Shown: positions 1 through 7,683 of the stretch, piece after piece
Layout of the letters: each line of letters starts with the position of its first letter
Position numbering within the stretch: position 1 is the stretch's first letter
From: an uncultured virus (IMG/VR IMGVR_UViG_3300044998_001320)
Taxonomy: Duplodnaviria > Heunggongvirae > Uroviricota > Caudoviricetes
Virus record (IMG/VR): IMGVR_UViG_3300044998_001320
Length of the DNA stretch: 20,000 nucleotides
Direction: 5' to 3' (one strand)
Position numbers and translations under genes: made by a program
The notes under the pieces: generated by a model
What the model saw: the letters and a program-made list of their open reading frames with translations, nothing else
Databases searched by the model: none
What the model was told of the DNA's origin: nothing

Positions 1-34
1 AACACACCGATTGAATTGCACCGATGTTTATCAG

Positions 35-377
35 CTCGCATTTACTTTTGCGAGTGATCCACCCTGCTCAAAGCAAGCCACAAGCAAAACCTAACGATAA
101 CGAACATTTACTCGACAATCGGTGAAACCCTTACGGCGCGGGCGGTTGCTGCACCAGAGCGAGACTAAATGTTCGCAATCTCGCATTTACTTCACGAGCG
201 CAACGGCGACCGCTTGAAACCCGGGCTGGAGGTGGAACCGAGCAAATGGCAGAAGTAAATGTTCATCTCGCATTTACTTTATAGGTAACGCCTGAAACTC
301 TTGCGGAACAAGGGTTTCACGACTAAATGTTCATCTCGCATTTAGTCCGAGTAAATGTCATTTTCAACATTTAGTCG
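35..377. repeat. Cluster of palindromic repeats built from the half-site CATTTA(C/G)T, interleaved with TGAAACCC motifs; putative replication origin or recombination region
   Basis: Half-site on + at 39, 105, 184, 271, 339, 368 and on - at 164, 254, 322, 350. Perfect 9-9-9 palindromes at 253-279 (AAGTAAATG-TTCATCTCG-CATTTACTT) and 321-347 (GACTAAATG-TTCATCTCG-CATTTAGTC). TGAAACCC/TGAAACTC at 123, 215, 293. No long ORF in any frame. Confidence 0.8.
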
Positions 378-429
378 GCGTCTTTTTGGCGGCTTGTCCT
401 TGTTTGTATTTATTTATTACGGGCCAAAA

Positions 430-456
430 ACGCGCGCGTGTGCGTGCATGCGCGCG
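430..456. other. 27-nt alternating purine-pyrimidine tract (Z-DNA-prone)
   Basis: ACGCGCGCGTGTGCGTGCATGCGCGCG strictly alternates purine/pyrimidine and lies next to an AT-rich stretch (400-420). Confidence 0.7.
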
Positions 457-782
457 AATATCACAACCAGAGCATGCTGTCAAGTGGTTGACGAGAAAAA
501 CTGCCGATCAAATCTCAACAACGGATCGACATGAGATGGGGTTTGGTAGTTAATGGCGCTCGCGCGTTTTGCGGCTGATTCCAGGGGCGTGAAGGCGGCT
601 TGCTGGCAAGTCAGGTAGGTTGGGATGTTTAGCCCTAAAACAGGCGGCAAATTGGGGTGGTTTTTTGGGGGTGGCGATTAAGGGGTGGGGGTCAAGCGGC
701 TAAGCGGGATTGATATCCTTACCCGTCGTAAACCATCCAGAATATCCGTAGTTACACGGACGCAATTACTGTGCATCAGGGG

Positions 783-816
783 CAAAAATAACCCCAAGAA
801 AGCTAAATTCTGGGGT
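783..816 (-). terminator. Putative intrinsic terminator downstream of the spike gene
   Basis: On the minus strand: ACCCCAGAA-loop-TTCTTGGGGT (one bulge) followed by TATTTTT, about 75 nt after the stop at 891. Confidence 0.55.
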
Positions 817-890
817 CATAATCAATGGGTTATTAATGTTTTTGTGGCAAAAACAGGCTAGATAAATTTATGCTAATCCGACTTATTTTG

Positions 891-3800
891 TTAGGAATTT
901 GTTGATGGCGGGGCTTGTGCTTGTAGTGCAGCGATAAAGGATTCCAGTGTAGTGATCCTTTCGGTCAAGCTGTTAACAAGCGCCATTAAGTCAACATCGC
1001 CGATGAAGATTCCTTTGTTGGCTGCTAAGCGAATCGCGCCGTCAGCTACTGTCACCTCGGCATCCCTAGTTTTGCCCTGAGCATCTGCGAAGCTGGATAG
1101 TGACGCCGCCCCTCGGGCTAGTTCAAGTCCAGCGCCGCCCAGTCCTGGTGCACGACCCTCAAGCGATCGCATGGACATTTTGCCCAGGGTATTGAGGACG
1201 CCCCCCGCCTCACCCAACCCTAGTTCACCAAAGGGGGTTTTGATTCCAGCCTTGCCCAGCCCTGCGAACACCCCTGCTCTTCCCAGAGGGCCAATCAGCG
1301 CTCCCGTCGTTTTTTTGATCAGGATCTTGGCCCCGCGTTCCCGCAAGTCGGTCAAGATTTCTGCCGCGTGCTTGCGAACTTCAACGACTGCCCCTTTGTG
1401 CTCAATCGGGAGTCCATTCAGCAGACCGTTGAATTGCCCCAGCATCTTGTTCAGGTCACCGCTCACTAACCCACTGATTGCCCCCATCGCCTTGGGGAGG
1501 AACTCCTGGGCCATAGCGTTAGCTGAAGGCAACTGCCCCGCCCTTAGCCAATCTCCCAGGGGCTTGCCATCGATGACCTGATGAGCTAGGTTTCCCGCTC
1601 CTGAGAATTGTGTTACCTGAGATAAAGCGGCGATCGCCTCAGAAGTTTGCCCTTTGCCGATCGCCCCTATTGCCTGAGTCAGAGGCGAAATCATTCCCAA
1701 GTTGCCTTGGATCCTAGACAAGGTGTCTACGGATTTACTTGACAGGGAGGACATGGCCAACCCCACCAGCCCCTGGAGCTGGTCGTTGATTGGTAGCTGT
1801 CCTGTCGCCGCTGCCAGTAGCTGCTCCGGCTTTAGGTTGTTCTGGATCAAGTCCGGCAATAACTGCTCTAATTGCTTAGCGATCGGGGGTGCGTCGGCGG
1901 GCAAGATGCTGGGGCGATTAGCAGTGATTGGCGATTTCGTCGTCGCCACCGTGCCCTGCCCTGGTTTAATCACCGCCCCCGCGGCCGGGTCGTCCAGTGC
2001 CCGATAGAATGGACTGTTTGGATCAACTGGCGGAGTCGGAATCGCTGATCCTAGCTTGGATCCACCCGCGCGGTAGATTTCCGGGTTGAACTCTGGAGGG
2101 GGTTCAAATTCCGCCAAAATCGCTGCATCTGAGATTGCAGATCCTAAAGACTGAGGCAGATCACTGATCAGGGGCTGTGGCGCACTTCCCGCCCCCTCCC
2201 CAGTTGCCCCAGCCACTTGAAACAACTCAATATCTCCGATCGCGGATCCAACTACCGCGAAATCGTCGGGGGCAAACTCTGATCGCTGCTCCGGTGGGAG
2301 CCGGTCGTATAGGGCCCGCGCCAGTGGAATCTTGACCGTTGCCGGGTCATTCCAGTAAATCCCCTGCTCCCGAGGCCCGGCGTTGGCCGACTCGTAAGAG
2401 TCCAGTCGTTCCTCGCGTGTTGGTGGCGTGATCGGCCCATTGTTGCCGCCTCCCACCAACACCGCGCCGTCAGATCCCGCGCCCGCCAACCCAAGGGCAT
2501 CACCAAGAGATGCAGCCGGAGTAACTGGCGTCGTCCTGATCACCCCAGCCGGATCCACCGCCGTCAGTCCGTTAGCGATCGATTGCTCAAGCCCCGCCAT
2601 GAAATCCGTGGGGGCCTCAGCGGCGGGCAAGATCTCGCGGATCTTCCCTAGGGTCTCACCTAGCCCCAACCCAAACACGTTCTGCACCGCCTCAAATTGA
2701 TCACCCAAAGCCAAGCTGATCAACGACTCGGTTTGACGATCAGGCTGGCGCTGCAGAGCAATCGCCTCCGCAAAAATCCGCTCAGTCACCTCAGGAGTGA
2801 GCTGAGATTTAAGCGACGTCGGGAGCTGCGGCAAGATTTGAGCGACGGCAGTGACGGGGTCGTGGCTCTCAAAAGCTTGACGGGTAAGAGGAATCAGGGA
2901 TTGCACCGGAGCAATCGCATCTAGCTGCGGCCCCAGCAATTGCCCCACCTGAAGCGGGTTAGCACTAGACAACTTGCCGAACACCTCGATCGCCTCAGGC
3001 AGCCCGCCTAACTTGCCCGTCAAGTCCTGAAGTTGGTTGCGTAGCGCCTTGAATCCCTGCTCCACGAAATCACCGGATTCTGGCAACCCAATCCCCTTGG
3101 CAAGTTGATTGAATTTGTCCAAGGCTGGGGCAATCGAGCCGATCAACCCCTTGGCTTTTTGCAGAAGCTGGCTGATTTCATCAAGGGGGCCCTCGATCCG
3201 CCCCACTGCCTCATCAAGCTTCAGCGTGGACTTGGCAGCGCTGGTCAGGTCAATCCGCCCCTTGGGGTCAATTATCTGCTTAGCTCCAGCCTGGTTACCC
3301 TGAGCAACCTCTCCCTCAGGGCTATGGGTTGTGTAACCTTGGGGATTCTGGACGCTGGCCGTGCCATCCTCCCGCAGACTCAAGGTAGCGCTATTGGCAG
3401 TGGTCTGGGTAATATTACCTGCGCCATCAACCAGTTGAGTCACGCCATGGGGATAGGCATCGACACGACTTTGGTTTGCGTCGTTCTTGGCGGTGATCAC
3501 ACCATTGCGCGTGGCACTGCCATAAATTTCGTTCTCCCGATCAAACACCGGGTGAGGAGGCTCTTGGCGATTGACTACGCAGCCCAGCAAGAACAGATTG
3601 TTGATATCACCCAACATCGCCAGGCAGATTACCTGCGCCCCTTTTCTCAGTAATCGGTAGGATCCACCCGTGGTGTTACCCTCGGTAGTCAACTCGATCG
3701 GCCAGGCCCAACCGTCGTTGCTGTTTGGCAACACCTGGTTTTCGCTAAAAAGCTTACTGGTGACGCGGATCCGTCCAAGCTTTTCGGGGTCATCCAAATC

Positions 3801-3902
3801 AACAATCTCACAGGGAATTGCGCCAAAAACAAATCCCTCTTCTAGATGGGTGGCCCTGGCTTCGGGCAGGGTGGGACGGGTGATGCGATCAAAGGAGGAC
3901 AT
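891..3902 (-). CDS. Phage baseplate assembly protein V / gp5-VgrG-like central spike with a large internal insertion
   Basis: N-terminal gp5 OB-fold-like pattern (CEIVDLDDPEKLGRIRV...WAW...GGSYRLLRKGAQV...GDINNLFLLGCV), then Gly/Thr/Asp-rich beta-helix-like repeats and a C-terminal coiled coil. ATG at 3902 preferred over the TTG at 3911 in the ORF track. Confidence 0.75.
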   Translation of the reverse strand: MSSFDRITRPTLPEARATHLEEGFVFGAIPCEIVDLDDPEKLGRIRVTSKLFSENQVLPNSNDGWAWPIELTTEGNTTGGSYRLLRKGAQVICLAMLGDINNLFLLGCVVNRQEPPHPVFDRENEIYGSATRNGVITAKNDANQSRVDAYPHGVTQLVDGAGNITQTTANSATLSLREDGTASVQNPQGYTTHSPEGEVAQGNQAGAKQIIDPKGRIDLTSAAKSTLKLDEAVGRIEGPLDEISQLLQKAKGLIGSIAPALDKFNQLAKGIGLPESGDFVEQGFKALRNQLQDLTGKLGGLPEAIEVFGKLSSANPLQVGQLLGPQLDAIAPVQSLIPLTRQAFESHDPVTAVAQILPQLPTSLKSQLTPEVTERIFAEAIALQRQPDRQTESLISLALGDQFEAVQNVFGLGLGETLGKIREILPAAEAPTDFMAGLEQSIANGLTAVDPAGVIRTTPVTPAASLGDALGLAGAGSDGAVLVGGGNNGPITPPTREERLDSYESANAGPREQGIYWNDPATVKIPLARALYDRLPPEQRSEFAPDDFAVVGSAIGDIELFQVAGATGEGAGSAPQPLISDLPQSLGSAISDAAILAEFEPPPEFNPEIYRAGGSKLGSAIPTPPVDPNSPFYRALDDPAAGAVIKPGQGTVATTKSPITANRPSILPADAPPIAKQLEQLLPDLIQNNLKPEQLLAAATGQLPINDQLQGLVGLAMSSLSSKSVDTLSRIQGNLGMISPLTQAIGAIGKGQTSEAIAALSQVTQFSGAGNLAHQVIDGKPLGDWLRAGQLPSANAMAQEFLPKAMGAISGLVSGDLNKMLGQFNGLLNGLPIEHKGAVVEVRKHAAEILTDLRERGAKILIKKTTGALIGPLGRAGVFAGLGKAGIKTPFGELGLGEAGGVLNTLGKMSMRSLEGRAPGLGGAGLELARGAASLSSFADAQGKTRDAEVTVADGAIRLAANKGIFIGDVDLMALVNSLTERITTLESFIAALQAQAPPSTNS

Positions 3903-3970
3903 AAAAAACAAGCACGACTAGCCAGTGCCTAGCCGCGCTAACGGGGTTGAAACGGTTGCTGTTCTTTTAA

Positions 3971-4237
3971 TCAGTCTACGTGTAATTCGGAGCAATCGTT
4001 TTCTGCAAGGACAACCGTCGCCCGTTTCTTGCTTTCTGGGTCGCTCTCTCTCCACGCCTTTGCCCGCCGCATCCAAGCTCCAAAAGATGGGGAGGCGACC
4101 TGAGCTTCAACCAATTGCCCAATCAGGCGTCCAGGCGTGACACCGATCAAGTTAGACAGGTCGCGGATCTGGCTGCCCGCAAATGGTGAAACCGACACTG
4201 CGAAACGCCCTGGTTTCAACTCTTTTTCTTCGTCCAT
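3971..4237 (-). CDS. Small ribbon-helix-helix (CopG/Arc-like) regulator
   Basis: 88 aa with ATG start. Beta-strand (RFAVSVS) + helix + G + helix pattern. Divergent from an HTH gene. Confidence 0.55.
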   Translation of the reverse strand: MDEEKELKPGRFAVSVSPFAGSQIRDLSNLIGVTPGRLIGQLVEAQVASPSFGAWMRRAKAWRESDPESKKRATVVLAENDCSELHVD

Positions 4238-4262
4238 AAAAAGTCCCTTGCTATTTATGTAA

Positions 4263-4299
4263 AAATCCTAGCATTTTGTGTACTATAGTGCTAGAATTT
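4263..4299. promoter_or_regulatory. Symmetric divergent promoter/operator with two back-to-back extended -10 elements
   Basis: Inverted repeat AAATCCTAGCA-N15-TGCTAGAATTT (10/11 match). The + strand reads TGcTAGAAT (4289-4297) and the - strand reads TGcTAGGAT (4273-4265); both fit TGnTAnnnT. Confidence 0.6.
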
Positions 4300-4568
4300 G
4301 CAACACAACGCACCGGGCATTGACTGCTTGATACGTTGTGCTCACGGGAAGCCCTTAAAGAAACCGTAAGCTTTTTCAGTCTATCCGACATCCGCTCAAA
4401 GCAGATTCCGACAAGCTAGCGGATCCACCTATCAGTGAAAACCAAAGCATACGAATCGCTCGCGGCGTGCTCGACCATCTGATTCCCTTGGTGGGTGATT
4501 TGATTTTCCGAGCTGGTCGCCACCTTGTCCTGCAATTTGCCTAGGTCTCTTGAGAAAGGCCGCCCGCC

Positions 4569-4886
4569 ATGAAAGATAAGCTAAGCCTATACAAAAGTCA
4601 CCGTCGGCGATTCAGCGCCGCTCCCGCCCCTGATCCAGTTGGCGGTTTTTTCTCTTGGCTGCTGGGAGATCCCTGTTTTCTGGAGAACTACACAAAAGAC
4701 CTAATCGAGCGTCATCTTGGCAGCCTGTGCGATGTAAGTCCTCGCACGATTAGGCGCTGGGGGTCTCGGTTCGAGAAAATCCCCCCTCATTACGCACGGC
4801 TGCTTCATCTTCATCGACGCTGTCTGGAATTGGAGTTAAGGTGTGCTGCTTTGCAACGGCAATCCACCGCTCAACGAGCTAGTTGA
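4569..4886 (+). CDS. Helix-turn-helix (Cro/XRE-like) DNA-binding protein
   Basis: LGSLCDVSPRTIRRW...KIPPHYARLL is an HTH-type signature; short C-terminal coiled coil. Stop overlaps the start of the next gene. Confidence 0.65.
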   Translation: MKDKLSLYKSHRRRFSAAPAPDPVGGFFSWLLGDPCFLENYTKDLIERHLGSLCDVSPRTIRRWGSRFEKIPPHYARLLHLHRRCLELELRCAALQRQSTAQRAS

Positions 4887-5929
4887 CTATGAATGGCTCC
4901 GCTGACGTAATCGCCCAGGCTTTGAAGAGCGGGGTTACCCCCGAGGAGATTCGCCGCGCTGCCAATGGCAACCCTGAGTTGTTGACGGCCCTGCAGGTGC
5001 AGGTTGATCGACTCCGGCTAGAGTCGGTTGGGGAATGCAACCCGATCGCTCAGCTAGCCCGGTCTCCCGGGCACACCCTATTTGCCTCAAAAACCGGAGC
5101 AGGCAAGACCTCCTTTCTGCAAGCCTTGATTGCAGATGCTTGCCTTTATTTCCCAGAATGCGCTTGGTCGATTGTCACACCGAAGAACGACAATTTTTTT
5201 GGCTGGCCGACGATCCAAGGGCAGCGCGTCGTTACCTATCTCGACTTGCCGGAATCCCCCAGCGACACGACCTGGGTGGATGTATTGCACCGAGAAGTGA
5301 GCCGAGTTTACCGAGTCTTTGTCCGGCGTAATCGTTTTGACAAGTCGGCGATCCGGGCGGGAGGACAGCCCTCGGACTGGCCCCCTGTATTCCTGGTGAT
5401 CGACGAATACTTTGCTCTCTATTCCTTGCTGAAACGACTGCCCAAAATTGAGCAAGAACAGGATGATGGCAAGGGAGGGTTAAAGCGAGTCAAAGTTCCC
5501 GATGAGCGCGGCGGAGAGATCACCCAGATGTTGCAATACATCGTGCTCATGGGGCGATCTCTCGGGGTTTATCTGATCCTTTCAGGGCAGTCCGCTAATT
5601 GTGAAGAAATTGGGTTCAGTAGTGACGGGCGCCGTAACTTCCGAATTGTGGCCTTGGGAAAACGGCAAACTCACACGGGGACTCCCGTTGGCTACGAATG
5701 CTTGTTTGGAGCCCTGAACAATTCTTTCTTGTTTGCAGATCGGGAGCAGGTTGCACAAATCAAGCGCCAAATCAAGTTTGTGATTGCCCAAGCTCAAGCG
5801 ATGGGCGATCTCCCGGTAGCCCTGATCAATGGGGGGCAAACCCGGTTGTGGATCGTCCCTGATCTGCGAGAAATCGCTCGCGCCCCCATCCCGTTGCCGA
5901 AATCGGTGGAGATGGCTCGTGTTCAGTAA
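4883..5929 (+). CDS. FtsK/HerA-superfamily P-loop ATPase (TraB/coupling-protein-like), no TM anchor
   Basis: Walker A ASKTGAGKT, Walker B FLVIDE, and the GRSLGVYLILSGQ motif (Arg finger plus conserved Gln) typical of FtsK/HerA pumps. Confidence 0.85.
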   Translation: MTMNGSADVIAQALKSGVTPEEIRRAANGNPELLTALQVQVDRLRLESVGECNPIAQLARSPGHTLFASKTGAGKTSFLQALIADACLYFPECAWSIVTPKNDNFFGWPTIQGQRVVTYLDLPESPSDTTWVDVLHREVSRVYRVFVRRNRFDKSAIRAGGQPSDWPPVFLVIDEYFALYSLLKRLPKIEQEQDDGKGGLKRVKVPDERGGEITQMLQYIVLMGRSLGVYLILSGQSANCEEIGFSSDGRRNFRIVALGKRQTHTGTPVGYECLFGALNNSFLFADREQVAQIKRQIKFVIAQAQAMGDLPVALINGGQTRLWIVPDLREIARAPIPLPKSVEMARVQ

Positions 5930-5950
5930 TTCCCTCACCCCAACGAAACC

Positions 5951-6520
5951 ATGTCTGTCTCACAAGACGGCGATCGCCATGACCGACTGATCTACCTGAC
6001 CGCCCCAATTGCCCCTGCCATCTGCGGGGGCTTGGCTTGGTGGGGCAACGCCGAACCCCAAGCGATCGTTGCAATCGGAATCAGCGCGATCACAGCGCAC
6101 CTGTTTGGCGGACTGTACTTGAGTCCTGATCTTGACTTAGCCGGGACGATCCGCTGCAAGTCCTGGTGGCGCTGGGAACATTCTGCCAAGCTGGGCTGGG
6201 TCTGGATGCACTATCCCCGCTTGGTGGGCTGTCATCGATCGCGCTGGTCTCACGCCCCCCTACTGGGCAGCGCCACCCGCCTGCTCTACCTGATGGCGAT
6301 TCTCCCCTTTCTGCTCCCGGTCTTTGTTCGGCGTTGGCGCAGATTGATCGCTGTGATTGCCCTAGTCAGCGTTGCCCTTAGCTATACCCCGTGGTGGTCT
6401 TTGTTGGCAGCGTTGGTCGTCGGCATCGAGACCAGCGCGATCGCCCACTACACCCAAGATGGTACTGTACTTGGCGGATGGCATCGTCCCCGCCGCTCAA
6501 AACCTAGACGCAAGCCTTAA
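5951..6520 (+). CDS. DUF2227-like putative metal-binding membrane protein
   Basis: Motifs HDR, LSPDLD, SWWRW...LGWVW, HRSRWSHAPLLGS, RLLYL and a C-terminal HxxxD, with several hydrophobic helices. Confidence 0.8.
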   Translation: MSVSQDGDRHDRLIYLTAPIAPAICGGLAWWGNAEPQAIVAIGISAITAHLFGGLYLSPDLDLAGTIRCKSWWRWEHSAKLGWVWMHYPRLVGCHRSRWSHAPLLGSATRLLYLMAILPFLLPVFVRRWRRLIAVIALVSVALSYTPWWSLLAALVVGIETSAIAHYTQDGTVLGGWHRPRRSKPRRKP

Positions 6521-6538
6521 CTCCCACGCTATCAACCC

Positions 6539-6580
6539 AAAGCCCTGTCATTGATGTTTTCGATGACAGGGCTTTTGTTT
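6539..6580 (+). terminator. Intrinsic terminator
   Basis: 16-bp stem AAAGCCCTGTCATTGA / TCGATGACAGGGCTTT (one G-U pair), 5-nt loop, followed by TGTTT. Confidence 0.8.
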
Positions 6581-6630
6581 CGGACAAATTGACCTAAAGA
6601 TTTGCGCTTGAATCGACAAAATGCGAACGT

Positions 6631-6697
6631 AGGAAACACCAAGGAAACACCAAAGAAACACCACCAGCTAAGCACAGGATGTTTCCTTGGTGTTTCC
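6631..6697. repeat. Three tandem 11-bp repeats plus a perfect 18-bp inverted copy; putative protein-binding site
   Basis: AGGAAACACCA (6631), AGGAAACACCA (6642), AAGAAACACCA (6653). 6680-6697 TGTTTCCTTGGTGTTTCC is the exact reverse complement of 6632-6649. Confidence 0.85.
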
Positions 6698-6757
6698 CCT
6701 TAGCACAAGAGGAGCGGCCAAATTGTCCAAACGACTTCACTGAACGTGGCGGGCGTC

Positions 6758-7111
6758 ATGCCCGTTGCATACCTCAACCCTGAACGTGTGCGTAACCGAT
6801 ACAAGAACCCCAAGACCGGGCGAACCATAAGCCGCAAAACCTTTGCCCGTTGGCGGCACATCCTCTGCATCCCGGTCGCCAGTCAAGGTAGTAACCAATA
6901 CAGCGACACCAGCGCCTGGGTTTCAACCGAAAACGTCTTCCTGTTGGACGCTTGGTACTACCTGGTTATTAGCCCCCACGGGCCTGGCATGAACCGAACC
7001 GAATTCGTTGATCGTTTCTGGGAGTGGGACGACACCGATCGCACCCCCCAAGAGCGAATCGCAGACTATCTGACCGAGCACAAACTCACAATTCCCGACC
7101 TATGCGCCTGA
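6758..7111 (+). CDS. Putative MerR/Xis-like HTH DNA-binding protein
   Basis: ISRKTFARWRHILCI resembles a MerR/excisionase recognition helix. First gene after the repeat site. ATG at 6758 (ORF track uses GTG at 6746). Confidence 0.5.
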   Translation: MPVAYLNPERVRNRYKNPKTGRTISRKTFARWRHILCIPVASQGSNQYSDTSAWVSTENVFLLDAWYYLVISPHGPGMNRTEFVDRFWEWDDTDRTPQERIADYLTEHKLTIPDLCA

Positions 7112-7683
7112 ACCAAGTTGCTAGCCAGTTAAAAATTGCGCCCGCCAAGATCCAAGAGGCGATTGCCGCCCTCCATCAACGCAGGCACCCAGCATTTCCC
7201 AGTTCCACCGTCGCCGACCTTAGTGAGGTGCAAGTCGAGGCGATCGCTCAGTATCTTCGCAACCCTCAACAAGAGCAAAGTACCGGTGCGCAACCCGGCT
7301 CAGCCCACGACGTTGGCGGGGCCTTTGGGGTGATCAGTCAGCAGTTCAATGAGGCCGCCGCTACCGCCGGTGTGCAAATCGCCCGTGAAGCCGTTCGGAC
7401 TGCCCAAGCTACAGCCACTCACCTATTGGTCAACTACTCGCCCGATGAAATCGATGATCTAGCCCTTCGTCAACTGGGGCTAGGCGCGATCGAAGACAAC
7501 GGAGCCAGTCAAGGGATGGCTAGCGTTTTGTCCAGCCTGGGAAAGCCGCGGAGGGCGATGCTCGACTTCACCCCCAATCACAGCAATCCAATCCTGTCGC
7601 TAGCAGGGGTTTGTCCGCCAACCCAGCAAGCCTTGTCCGCCAGCAGCGACAACGCTACTGTCGAAGCTGGCTCGGATTCCTAG
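7102..7683 (+). CDS. Hypothetical protein with N-terminal IF2N/HTH-like motif; contains a -1 slippery site
   Basis: ATG at 7102 overlaps the upstream stop. MRLNQVASQLKIAPAKIQEAI resembles an IF2-N/HTH pattern. G GGA AAG at 7539-7545. Confidence 0.65.
   Translation: MRLNQVASQLKIAPAKIQEAIAALHQRRHPAFPSSTVADLSEVQVEAIAQYLRNPQQEQSTGAQPGSAHDVGGAFGVISQQFNEAAATAGVQIAREAVRTAQATATHLLVNYSPDEIDDLALRQLGLGAIEDNGASQGMASVLSSLGKPRRAMLDFTPNHSNPILSLAGVCPPTQQALSASSDNATVEAGSDS

Noticed and set aside
163..376. Possible degenerate CRISPR mini-array (palindromic ~27-bp repeats)
   Set aside because: Spacing is irregular (60, 41, 1 nt), repeat cores vary in length, lone half-sites occur, the intervening sequences share motifs, and no cas gene is in the window.
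1171..3921. Plus-strand ORFs antisense to the spike gene, and similar shadow ORFs opposite other genes
   Set aside because: Typical antisense open frames of GC-rich coding DNA, with no motifs or RBS support.
4359..4544. Open frame in the leader upstream of the HTH gene
   Set aside because: No plausible start codon or RBS near its 5' end and no recognisable motif.
4883..5929. ATPase as VirB4 or terminase large subunit
   Set aside because: Too short for VirB4 and no nuclease domain is evident. The motifs fit a minimal FtsK/HerA-type domain.
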